64,000 nt of DNA, from assembly GCA_035496715.1 (NCBI GenBank), contig DATJEK010000095.1, positions 264-64,263 on the forward strand, read 5' to 3'. Position 1 is the stretch's first letter, and every line of letters starts with the position of its first letter. The translations under genes were made by a program, and so were the position numbers. Below are positions 1-11,000 of this stretch, piece after piece. The notes under the pieces are model-generated. The model made no database searches. It was not told where the DNA came from and saw only the letters and a program-made list of their open reading frames with translations. This DNA comes from Candidatus Eiseniibacteriota bacterium (lineage in GTDB: Bacteria; Omnitrophota; Gorgyraeia; 2-02-FULL-51-18).

Positions 1-120
1 ATTGAAATGCAGCGACAGCGCCATGAAGAACGAGAGGTTGATGAAGAGCACGTCGATCAGCGCGATCATCTGGACGACCGGCAGCGGACGGACGTAATCG
101 CTCTGCTTGAAGCTGATCAT
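1..120 (-). CDS. exbD: ExbD/TolR family biopolymer transport protein, N-terminal part (runs off left edge)
   Basis: Own translation from ATG at 120-118: MISFKQSDYVRPLPVVQMIALIDVLFINLSFFMALSLHFN. It carries the ExbD/TolR TM signature LIDVxF..xFFM with the conserved Asp. The start overlaps the exbB stop (ATGA, 117-120). Confidence 0.85.
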   Translation of the reverse strand, partial: MISFKQSDYVRPLPVVQMIALIDVLFINLSFFMALSLHFN

Positions 121-836
121 CGGGCGAGCACCCGCGCGATCTCGGAGGAAAGGGCCTCGGCGGTCGTCGTGATGCGGCTGACGCGCCCGCGGAAATACGA
201 GTACGCGATGAGCGCCGGAACCGCGATCACCAGGCCGAACGCCGTGTTGATCATCGCCTTGGCGAGGCCCTGGGTGAGGACCGCGGGGTTCAGCGTGCCG
301 AGCTTGAAGTAGTTGAACGCGTCGATCATGCCCAGGATCGTGCCCAGGAGGCCGATCATCGGCGCGATCACGGCCATGTCGCCGAGATAGGTGAGGTTCT
401 GCCAGAGGCGTTCGATGCGGGCCTTGCCTTCGTACTGGATCGCCTCTTCGACGATGCCCTTGCCCTTGGCGGCTTTCTGCAGGCCCTTCTCGACGATCGC
501 CGAAATGAGGTTCGGCTGCTGACGGCAGACCGAGAGCGCCTTGTCATATTCTTTGCGCTCGATGAGAGACAGCAGGTTTTCGGTCATGTCCTGGGGGATC
601 AGCTTCTCCACGCGCACGTTCAGGAAGTGATAGATCACCACGGCCACGACGACCACCGAAAGCACGCCGAGGAAGTAGATGCACACGCCTCCGGAGGCGA
701 TGAGCTGGAGGAAGGTCATTTCCTTGTCGCCCGGACGCGCGGCGGCCGCGGCGGCGGCGTGCGCCGGCGCGCCGGACAGCAGCGCGAGGACGGCGGCGGA
801 ATACACCCAGGGACACTTGGCAGCGCGTTTATTCAT
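117..836 (-). CDS. exbB: MotA/TolQ/ExbB proton channel family protein (239 aa, with N-terminal signal-like extension)
   Basis: Motifs APMIGLLGTILGMIDAF and GLAKAMINTAFGLVIAVPA, three TM segments, AGGAG RBS upstream, and translational coupling to exbD. Confidence 0.93.
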   Translation of the reverse strand: MNKRAAKCPWVYSAAVLALLSGAPAHAAAAAAARPGDKEMTFLQLIASGGVCIYFLGVLSVVVVAVVIYHFLNVRVEKLIPQDMTENLLSLIERKEYDKALSVCRQQPNLISAIVEKGLQKAAKGKGIVEEAIQYEGKARIERLWQNLTYLGDMAVIAPMIGLLGTILGMIDAFNYFKLGTLNPAVLTQGLAKAMINTAFGLVIAVPALIAYSYFRGRVSRITTTAEALSSEIARVLAR

Positions 837-841
837 GTCGT

Positions 842-846
842 CTCCT
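842..846 (-). promoter_or_regulatory. Shine-Dalgarno site of exbB
   Basis: Minus strand reads AGGAG-acgac-ATG (5-nt spacing). Confidence 0.75.
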
Positions 847-875
847 AAGAAGTAACGGTCAGGTGGGTTCGAAAT

Positions 876-903
876 TTCCCCTATTGTATCAAATGAGGGG
901 GAG
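876..903 (-). promoter_or_regulatory. Candidate extended -10 promoter for exbBD (TGaTACAAT, 883-891) inside a short imperfect inverted repeat
   Basis: Minus strand ...cccctcatttGATACAATagggga... matches the TGnTAnnnT consensus and is flanked by CCCCT/AGGGG. Confidence 0.4.
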
Positions 904-927
904 AAAAGGAAACCGAATCGGGACGCG

Positions 928-2034
928 TCAGGCGGCCTGCGCGGTCGCCGAGGCGGTGAGATAGAATTCGCGCAGCTTCCTCATATAGTCGATCGGGAGG
1001 ATCGGGTGGAAGATGAGGACGCCGTCGCGGAACGAGAGCCCGCGGGCGATCACGTCCTCCCATTTGCCCCCGGCGGCGAGGAGCCGGACGACCAGCTTGT
1101 CGAGCGTCAGCGTGAAATTCCCGCCCAGGTAAAGGAGGCCCAGGCCGCCGTCCCTCGCGGAGTCGCGGCGCAGGATGGGGCGCTCTTCGCTGTCCACGAA
1201 GAAGACGTGCTCCGGCGTATAGAGCCCGCCCAGCTTGGCGAAGGCGGTCGAAAGCGTCTCCCCCGCCTCGACGAAAACGACGTTGTCGCGGAATCGCTCC
1301 ATGAAATCCGCGTATCCCTGATCGCTCAGCCGGTCCATCAGCGTGCGGTCGAGCGAATCGAAATCCGCCCGCGTCATCGCGACGTAATCGCGGATCGCCC
1401 GTTTTCCGTCGGGACGCTTCAACTTTAAGTCTCTGTCTTTCAATGACTTAAGGAACAAAGGATCTTTCAGCACCGTCTCGAGCGACCAGACGGCCGCATA
1501 CGGGGCGCGGACGTCCAGCGTCACGTCGCCCAGACTGTCGCCGAAGCTCGGATGGAAGAGCCGGAATTTGAGCACCTCCCAGGCCTCCTGAGGATCGGCG
1601 AACGCGGCAAAATCGTCGACGTCCCGCGGCGCCATGCGCGGCAGGAGCCCGATGATCTGCCGGTAGACCGCTTCCTGGTCGGCCGCCGTGAGATCGGAGA
1701 ATTTCGTGTCGCCGTCGAGCAGCAGACGCAGCGAGCGGCGCGCCTCGAGGTCCGCGGCGTTGAGCGCGCGGAGGAAAGCGATCTTCGCCTGCCGGTTCAG
1801 GTCCTGGGCGTCGACGAAGAGCGTGAAAGCGCCCGTCTTCGCCGCCTCGGCTTCGAGCGCCGCCAGACGCGCCTCGGGCTCGAGACCGTCCGCGACGACG
1901 ACCACGCGGACGTCCGCCCGCGGCCCCATCGCCTCGAGAACATCCCGGCGGGCCTCTTCGGAACCGACGCCGACGACGACGGGAGTTTCAACCGGCGGCG
2001 CGCCGGCGCGCTCGCGACCTTGAAGGTCGCGCAG
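928..2034 (-). other. Gene A C-terminal domain (homologous to that of gene B), ending ...LTASATAQAA
   Basis: Last GARL-delimited segment; its last ~70 aa align by eye with those of gene B. Confidence 0.7.
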
Positions 2035-5000
2035 AGCCAGGCGCGCGCCGGGCGGGAGCTGAAGGCGGACAAAGGCCCCGCTCCCGTCCTTGGCCTGTTC
2101 GGCGAGGAAGAACGCCTTGACGCGGTCGAAGTAGTCGCGCCGCTCGGCGTCGAGTGTTTCGCCGAAATCGTAATAGACGGACGCCGGATCCGCGTACATC
2201 GCGAATCGGTCCGCGAACGCCTCTTCCTCCGGCCGGTCCCCGCGCTCGAGGCCCCCCTTCAACTCGTTCTTGAGCGCGATGATCGACTCGCCCCGGTCCT
2301 GGAAGCGCGTGAGCCACTCCTCGATGAGCGCCTGCGCGGCCGAACGGGAGGCCGGGTCCGCGTCCAGCTGGCCCTTGGCCTCCAGCACGATGAAGAGGGC
2401 CTCGCCGATCTCGTGGAGGACGCCCATCGCCATCGTGCGCCGGAGCGTCTGTTCGTCGGCGGGCGGCAGCGGCCGGGCGGCGAGGCGTCGCGCCAGGGCC
2501 TCGAGCTCGGCGATGCGGTCGTCGGTAAGGTTCGGGAAGCGGCTGCGGTCCCTGCGGACGTGCCGCATCAAATGCTCGGGGTACATGTCGCTCTGCATGG
2601 CTTCCGTCATCTCGGTCCCCGAGAAATCCGGCACGAGGATCTCGCTGCGCATCGCCCGCCGGCGGCCGTCGGACTCGTCGCGCGCGCCCTGGATATTGCG
2701 GACGATGTACTGGAATCCCTGCGCGCCGAGGTTCACCCGGGTGCGGACGAAGGCGACGCGCTCGAGCATGAATCCGAACCCGCCCGTCGTGAGCGTCGCC
2801 GCGACGGCCTCCAGGTCCGCGTCGGAGAGAATACGGCGGTACGACGGCAGCGGCCCGGCGAGCGAGGCCAGCTGTCCGGTCGGCTGCCCGCTCCCGGCGA
2901 GCCCCTGGATCAGCGTGTCGCCGAAAAGCTCGACCGAGGACTTGAACGCCCAGCGGCCCTCGCGGACCTGCGTCATCGGCACGGACGCCGGGGCGGGCGC
3001 CTTGGGCGCGAACGCTTTCTTCACGGCGCGCGCGACGGTCTGCACGACGAATTTATTGGAGGCGTTGCGCTTGATGTCGCCCTTCGTGAGATGCGGCATC
3101 CGCGCCTCCTTCTTGATCTCCGCGAGCTTCACGGTTCCCAGCGCGGCGACGGCTTCGAGGAGCTCCCGGCCCTTCTTGGGCGTGAAATTCTTGAGCACGT
3201 CGTCGGCCACCTCGGTGATCGACGCGAGCCTCGCGCCGTAGGCGGCGAGCCTCACGGTCCACGCGCTCAGGCGCGTGAACTGCGCGTCGACGAGCGAGAG
3301 CTCGGGATCGAGGCCGTTTTTCACGGCGATCCCGCGCGCCCGGTCGAGCGCGTTGATGGCCTGGGCGTAGCGCGAAGCGGCCTCGGCGAGTTTTTCCTCC
3401 GCGATGAGCGCTTCCATGCGGTCGACGATCTCGCGCCCGCGCGCGTAAGCGTCGGCGAATTTCGCCTGCTCGACCGACTTGGGGCCCGTGAGGCGCTCCA
3501 CCTCTTTCCTCACCGCCGGCAGGGCGAGCTCGCGGTCGAGCGAGCGCACGGGGATCCCCGCGCGGCGGGCGAGCTCCTCGTTGCCGGTCAGGGTCTTGCC
3601 GTTCAGGGAGCCGGCGAAGACCGCGTCGCGGCGGAGCGCGTTGAAGATGCGCGCGGCGGCGAGGCTGATCAGATACCGGTCGAGAAGCGCTCGGAAACCC
3701 GGGTCCACGCGGCGGTAACGCTGGATCCCGGTCGAGTCGATGCCGGCGGCGGTCGCGATGCCGTTCACGCCCTTCATCAGCACGGGCTTCGACTCCGGCG
3801 CCTGCCGCGAAGCGATCCACGCGCGCTTGGCGGCATTCAAGATGCGGGCCTGCGGTTCGGAAATTTCAAAAGATTCGATCGGAAACGGCTTGAGCTTCCT
3901 GAGGCGCGCGAGTTCCTTCTCGTCGAACATGAGCGGCCCGTAAACGGCCGAGAATTCGGCGCGCACGGCCGCGTCGCCGCGCAGTCGGTCGAGCACCGTC
4001 TCGTCCGCGACCCCGGCGGCGGCGGCGACCGTCTGGCGCGTGAAAACGGGGTATTCCGCCTCGGGCGACGAGACGGCGGCGGCCGCGCGCAGGCGCGTCA
4101 CGCGGGTCGAATTCAAAATCGCGGCCGTCCACTCGTCCATCAGGGCGCCCCGCACGGCGAGCCTCACGGAAGCGTTTTCGGCCACCCGGCGCGCGAGCAG
4201 GTGACGATTGACGGAAACCCCGTCGGCCTTCAGCTCGGCGACGATGGTTTCGTAAACCACTTCCCGGACGACGGCGCCGGAGCGGTTGGCGCGGCGCAGG
4301 CCGTCGGCCGCCCGGAGGATGGCCGCGTCGAGCTCGCCGAGCCGCGGGGCGCGGGCGCGCGCCAGGATCCCCGCGCGGTCGGCCTCGGCGATCCGCTCGA
4401 GCCGGGCGACGCGTTCGCGGACCGGCTCGCTGTCGTCGAAATGGACTCGGAACGTCTGCTTCGAGATCTCGAGGCGGCGGTTCAGGCGGTACCCGCGGAC
4501 CGGATAGAACCGCTTCGACGGATCGACTTCGAATTCGCCGATGAGGGCGTCGAGCCTCTGCAGGATCTTCGCGCGGACCGCGGGATTGCCGGCGAGCCGG
4601 GCGCCCTGGCCGAACGCGGGGAGCTCGAAGAGCCGGTTCAGGAGTCCGTCGCTGAGATGCCGGTCTCCGGAGGCGTGGATGTCCGAGGCGGCGACGGCCA
4701 GGAAAACGGTCTTCATCTCCTCGGCGAACGCCGCGCGCTCCGTCTCGGCGAGGATGCCGCGCCGCACGAGCCCGCGCGACCAGTCCCCGATCGGGTCGCG
4801 TCCCGTGAGAAAGCGCGGCTTCTCCTGCTTCCAGCCGTCGGTCAGAAGCCAGGGATCGGTGTGTCCGAGCACGACTTTCGAGACCGCCTCCTGCACGAGC
4901 TGTCCCTCCCCCGCCGCGTGGAGCAGCGCCGGCGCGATCTCCGAGCCGTAAAGCTGGTGGGAGCCTCCTCCCAGATCCGTCGCGTAGCCGATGTCGTGAA

Positions 5001-8000
5001 ACGCGTTCGCGTACACGAGGATGCGCCGGCCGCGCTCGCTCAGCGCGCCGATGCGGACGATCAGCGCCTCGAGCCTGCGCTGGTCGCGGACCGCGCCGAA
5101 CTCGTCGAGCGCGAGGAAACCGCTCAAGTCGCCGGCCAGGAGCGCGTCCATCGCGCGCGCGTCGATTTGCAGGTGCTCGGAGCGCGTGCGCCGGCGGCCG
5201 ACCTGCCGCCCCTCGGCGTCGCGCATCGGCCACGATCCCTGGGCGGGGTTCTTCGTGTCGAACGCCTCGAGCGGGAACCCCTGCTCGGCCAGCGACAGAA
5301 GATAGGTCTCGGCGGGAGCCGGGGAGGCGAAAGCCTCGCCGGACGACGGCGTCCCCTGCGGGGCCGGCGGAAAGAAGGGCCGCGCCAGCTCCTCCATCTC
5401 CTCCCGCCCGGGCGTCAGGAAGGTGCGCCGGCTCGGGAGGTAGTCGGAGAGCTTGGAGGTGAAGCCGAGGCGCCGGCCGATCGCGCGGGCGATCGCCAGC
5501 GCGTAGTAACGGATCTTGTCGAGCGCGCGCTCGAAGCGGCTTTCGGTGTGCACCTTGAGATTCGCGGGGAGGAACGAATTGTCGCCGAAGACGAGCAGTT
5601 TCCAGCGCCGTTCGGCGGGCTCCCACGCGAGCACGGTCACGCTCGCGTTCCGGGGGTTGAGCAGCGCCTCGTACATCGGTTTGTATTTCCGGGACGGGAT
5701 CTGGAGCGCCGTCATGACCGCCAGGAGAATCGTCATCCCGTGGGAGCCCACGAGCACGTTCTCGTCGTTCGAACGCGTGACCGCGTCGAGCCATGCCGCG
5801 AGCCCTTCGCGGAAGCGGCGCCCGGAATAGAGTCCGTTCACCTCGTACGCGTCCGGATCGCGCGTGAAGCGGGCCATCCATCCCGGGAAGAGATCGATGC
5901 CGCTCGACACCGGCACGCCGCCGATCGGCTGGATGAGCACCTCGCGGAATTCCTTCAGCATCTCGGGCGCGCGGCCGGAGAGCCCGGCGTAGGCGCCGAC
6001 GGTCTCGTAGGCGCGTTCGAGATCGCTAGAGACGATGCGGTCGAACCGGGGGCCCGCGGCCTTCAGGAACTCCGCCAGCGCGCGCGCCTGCCGGCGGCCG
6101 CGCATCGTCAGCGGCGAGTACGCGTCGTGCGACTGCACGAAGCGGAAAAGGTTCGAGACCGACTCGCCGTGGCGCGCGAGCACGACGACCTTCGCGTCCG
6201 GATGTTCGGCGCGCCAGGCGTCGAACCCTCCGAAAAACCCGGCGGCCGTTTCGAAAACCGGCCGGAGGCGCTGCTTCTCCGACTCGTCGAGCGCGGAGAC
6301 CGCCAGGCGGGCGCCCGCGTTCTCGCCGAGCAGGCGTTCGCGGAGCAGGCCCTCGAGGAACCGCCCGCTCCCGTCCAGGTTGAGGGCCGCGCGCGTCCAG
6401 CGGTATTCGTCGCGGTCCTCGAAATAGAAAGGCTCGAGGCCGTTGCGGATCAGCAGGTAATTCATCATGAACCACGCCAGGCGGTGATGGCCTTCGGCCG
6501 CGTGGGAGCTCTCAAAAATCTTGTCCTGGCGGGACGCGCGCACCCGGGTGAAACCGGGCAGCTCGGCGAGCAGCTGGTGGACGCTGATCACGGCGTACAG
6601 GGCGGCGGCGGCGCGGACCGTCTCGGCAGGCGACGCGAAGCGACGGTTGGCGGCCCTCAGCACGTCCGGCCACACCTCGGCGAGCGACGCCAGACGCCGG
6701 GCGCGTTCGGCGGGCGTGTAGGCGGCGTTGCGCCGGTCCCCGCGGAACAATTCGTAGAGCGTCACGACCTTCTCCCAGGTCAGCGGCGCGACCGGGTCGA
6801 CCTCCCGGTTGAAATAACGGATCGCGTTCCTGAAATCCGCGTCATCGATCAGCCGGCCCGCTTTCGCCGGGTCCAGAGCCAGCCGCGCCCCCAGGGCTTC
6901 GAGGGGCAGACGCGCGCCGTGGTCGTGCTCGTGGTCATGATCGTGGTCATGGAAGGCGGGCGGCTCCGCGTCCGGTCCGTGCTGCGCGCGGTAGAGCGCG
7001 CGGCGGATCCTCCACTGCACCCACGTGTAGAGCGACGGGAAATAACCCAGGAAGAAATGGAACACGGCGTTCAGGCGGAAAGACTCGCTCGCCATCACGC
7101 CGCCCCGCACCTCGGTGCCGTTCACCTGCAGGGCCCCCGAATAGCCTTCCTTGCGGGCGCCGTAGACGACCCGCGCCAGGCCCAGACGCGCGAGCATCCT
7201 CGTGCACTTGGCGCACGGCTCGAGCGTCACGTAGAGCGTCGTGCCCTTGATCGCGTCGGCGAGGCTCGCGTCGAGCGCGACGAAATCGTTCGCCACGCTG
7301 TCGAAGAGGCGTTCATAGGCCTCGGAGTCGTCGAGATACCGGGCGGACTGGGCGCGCACCGACGCCAGGCGCGCCAGCGCCTCGTCGCGAACCGACGGCG
7401 CGATCGGAGCGGTGCGGGCGATCCGTTCGAACGCGTCGAGAAACGCGAAATGCTCGGCGTGGAGCTGGTTCTTCGCCTTGTTGTACCCGCGGCCGATGAT
7501 CACGCCGTCCCTGACGACGACCGCGCCGACCCGGGCCGAGAAAATGCTCCGCTCCTTCTGCGATTTCCTCGCCTCCTTCATCGCCTCTTTCATGAAGAAA
7601 CGGTCCGGATCCGCGGCGTCGGAGAGCCGCGCGCCCGACGGAGGCAGGAATTCGGGATACGCGGCCATGAGCGAGCGGACGGAGCCGTCGAGCTCGTCCT
7701 GGATCGCGTAAAGCGGCGAACGCGTCCGCTCTTCCTTGAGTTTATGGCCCGCCTTCAGGTCCTTGGCGTCGGCGAACTGGATCCAGAAGCGGCTCTGCTC
7801 GGGGCTCAGGGTCGTCCAGAATTCGAGCGCCGTGCCCGCGTCGAAGGTCGCCAAGGGCACGCCGAGCTTCCTCATGCCCTCCCGCACGGCCGCGCGGAGC
7901 GCTCCCCAGGCGGCGCGTCCGCGATCGCCGCTCTCGCCTTCGGCGAGCGACGCCAGATAGGCGCGGTAGCCCCAGTAGGACAGGTCGATCCAGCGGCGGT

Positions 8001-11000
8001 GGTTGTCCGCGACGTCCCCGTGGATGCCGGCGAAATGCCAGTCGGGGTTCGTGACGAGGTTGCCGAAGCGGAGCTCCAGGCGGTCGCGTTTCCGGGCCGG
8101 ATCCGACGGGTCCTGCGCCTCGTCGTTTTTCCGGAACGGGACGAGCATCTTGGCGAGGAAGAGCCTCGCATTGCCCGTGAAGAGGATCGCCGTCAGCACC
8201 GAAAGCGTCTTTCCGACCTCGGCCACGCGGGAGTCGGCGATCCCTTCCGGAAGCAGGAGATTCAGGTGCAAGGAATACGCGCCGCCTTTTTTCCCGTCCG
8301 CGACCCACGGGCCGGTCTGCGCTTCCCTGCCGGGATACGCGGCGAGCGTGGCGTGATCGGGCAGATAGCCGAATTTTCTCAGGAAGCGGTAAATCGCCTC
8401 CTGGTCGCGGGGATCCTCGGAATACGGCAGCGCGTATTCCACGATGCCGCCGTAGCCCAGCGGGATCCCGGCGACGGCCGCGAACGCCTTCGCGTCGGAC
8501 GCATTGAAAACGTCGACGTGGTGCCGCCAGACCTCGACCTCGGTGCCGGCCGTCAGATCCGTCTTCCGCTGGGAGTCGTCTCTCGCGCGGGCCGCGTAAT
8601 CGGCCTTGAGTTTCTCCGTGACGGCGGCCGCGTCGAGGCCGGACCGGAAGCCCTCGCCGCCGTCCATGAGGAACCGCACGCGCGCGGCGGGATACAGGCT
8701 CCGGTAGAGCGACGCGAGCGTCTCGTCGCGGGCCAGGAGCGCGCGGGTCAGGAGGATCATGAGACGCGCCTTTGAATTCGCCCGGAGCCTCTCCTCGAGC
8801 GGCACGGCGTCGGGACGGCCGGCCTCTTTCTCGAGCGCGGCCGCCAGGATCGGGAACACCCGCTCGTCCCGGGCGGCGGCGTGGAGGATCAGTTTGGCGA
8901 CGTTTTCCGTCCGCTCCGACTGGCGCAGGGTCGCGAACGCCTCCACGAGCCCGGCCAGCTCCTCCGCGGAGGGCCGCGGGCCCTGGGCGTACGCCGCGAT
9001 CACGAGTTTTTCGAGCTCTTCGAGGCGCGCCGGGACGTCCTTCACGGGACCGTCCCAGTACACTTCGTCGGCCGCGAGGGCGAAGCGCTCGAGGCCGTCG
9101 GCCAGCGTCGAGGAGGCGAGCCTGGCGCCCCGGCTTTCGGCCGAGGGCCGGCGGAAGCCGGCGATGAGCATTTTTTTGATCTCGGCCGTCTCCGAAGGTT
9201 CTTTGTAAAGGCCGGCCAGCGCGTGAAAGAGCGTCCTCACGTACTCCGGGTCCGCCTCGTAGTCCACCGCCAGGTCCTGGACGCTCGCGAACCGGGCATT
9301 CAGCTCGGCGGCCGTCTCCTGCGCGAGGCCGCGGCCGAAATCGGCTTCGAACTTCTTGAGCAGGTCGTCCATCGCCCCCGCCAGCGACACGGCGCGGTCG
9401 TAGGTCAGCCCGAGCGTTTCGAAATAGACGTAAAGGGAGTTTTTCCGCGCGGCCGTGCGGGCGAAACCGCCGGTGACGTTGGCCGACTCGCCGGGCATCA
9501 GGATCGACAGGAGCGTCCGGCGGGCCTCTTCTTCGAAGTGCGGCGCTTCCCCGTTGGCGCCCTCGGCCATCCGGTGATAAACCAGGGCCGTGTTGCGGAG
9601 CATCGTGATCGGGAGGAGCCCACCCTCCTCGGCGGACAGGCCGAAATAATTGACGGCCTTGGTGAAGTGAAGCCTCGCCGCGGCGAGATCCTTGCCGTCG
9701 AAGAAATACATGGAGGCGAGCGTGTATTCGCGGCGCCCGAGGTCGATGAGGTCCGCCTGGACGTTGTAGAGATGTCCGGTGCGCTCGCGGTTGCGCTCCG
9801 CCTCGACCACCAGGCGCTCGACCCGGACCGATTCCCGTTCGATGACGGCCTCGAGCGCGCGGATCTCGTCCGCGAAGTCGGTATGCGTCTCGCGCAGCGC
9901 CCACTCCACCCACTCGCGCACGAGCGGCTCGGCCTCGCTCGGGTCGAAATAGGCTTCCTTGAGGCGCGACACCGCCTCGGGCCCGCCGAGGCGGCCCAGC
10001 GTCCGCGCGGCGTTGGCGCGCACGCGGTAGTACTCGGAGGAGCCGGACAGGAGCAGCCGGCCCATCAGCGCGACGAGCTCGCGCGCCTCCGCCGGTTCGA
10101 GCATCTGCACGGGGATGCTTCCGAGGCGGTAGGCCGCCGCGCGCCGGGTGGTCTGGTCCCGCGAAGACAGCTCCTGTTTCAGCTGTTTCAAATCCCTGAG
10201 ATAGAGCTCGCCGTTGGCGTAGTCGAAGACCGCGATCTTCCGGGCGAGGGCGTCGTTCGTGTTCTTGGTCAGAAGGTATTCGTAGCGCGCCTTGAGAGGG
10301 CCGGAGAACTCGGAGGAGATGAGACGGTTGAGATGCCGGAGCTCCTCGAGGTTCATCCTCGAGACCACTTCGGCGAACTCCGACGGGTGGCGACCCTCCC
10401 TTTCGAGCGTCTCGAACACTTCCAGCAGATTCGAGAGCGTCCTCTCGTTGATGCGGCTTCTCAGCTGGGACTTGCCGAGATGGGCCGGCGGGATGCCGTA
10501 CACGTCGATCAGGGTTTCCTGCCGGGCGATCGTCGCGCGGGCGATGTTGATCGTCGAATACGGGATGAAGAGGATCTTCTCGCGTTTCATGAGCTCCACC
10601 GCCCGCGTGGTGACCGCGTTCGCGGACGCTTCTATGACGATCTCGCCGCGGAAACGACGCACGCTGTCTTCGTCGAACGTGTGAGGGGCCGTGTCGACGA
10701 CCAGCGCGTTGGCGTCCTCGAACTCCTGCGGCAGGAGCGGCTCCGATCTCTCCACGCGCCGGACCTCCGCGCGCTCGGGCAGGTGGTTCATCTCCACGAT
10801 CTGGTCGAACGGCATGCCGTTGACGAGCTTCGCGTTCACCCGTCTCAGGACGGGCCACGACAGCGGCTGCTGGCTCTCGAGGACGGTTCCCGCTTCCTGA
10901 ATGCCGTGGATCTCGACGCCCGTGTCGAACGCGTAACCGTCCATCAGGCTCGTCGTCGCGGTCACGCTCTTGATGCTGTACCCGAGGAAGGCCACGCGAA

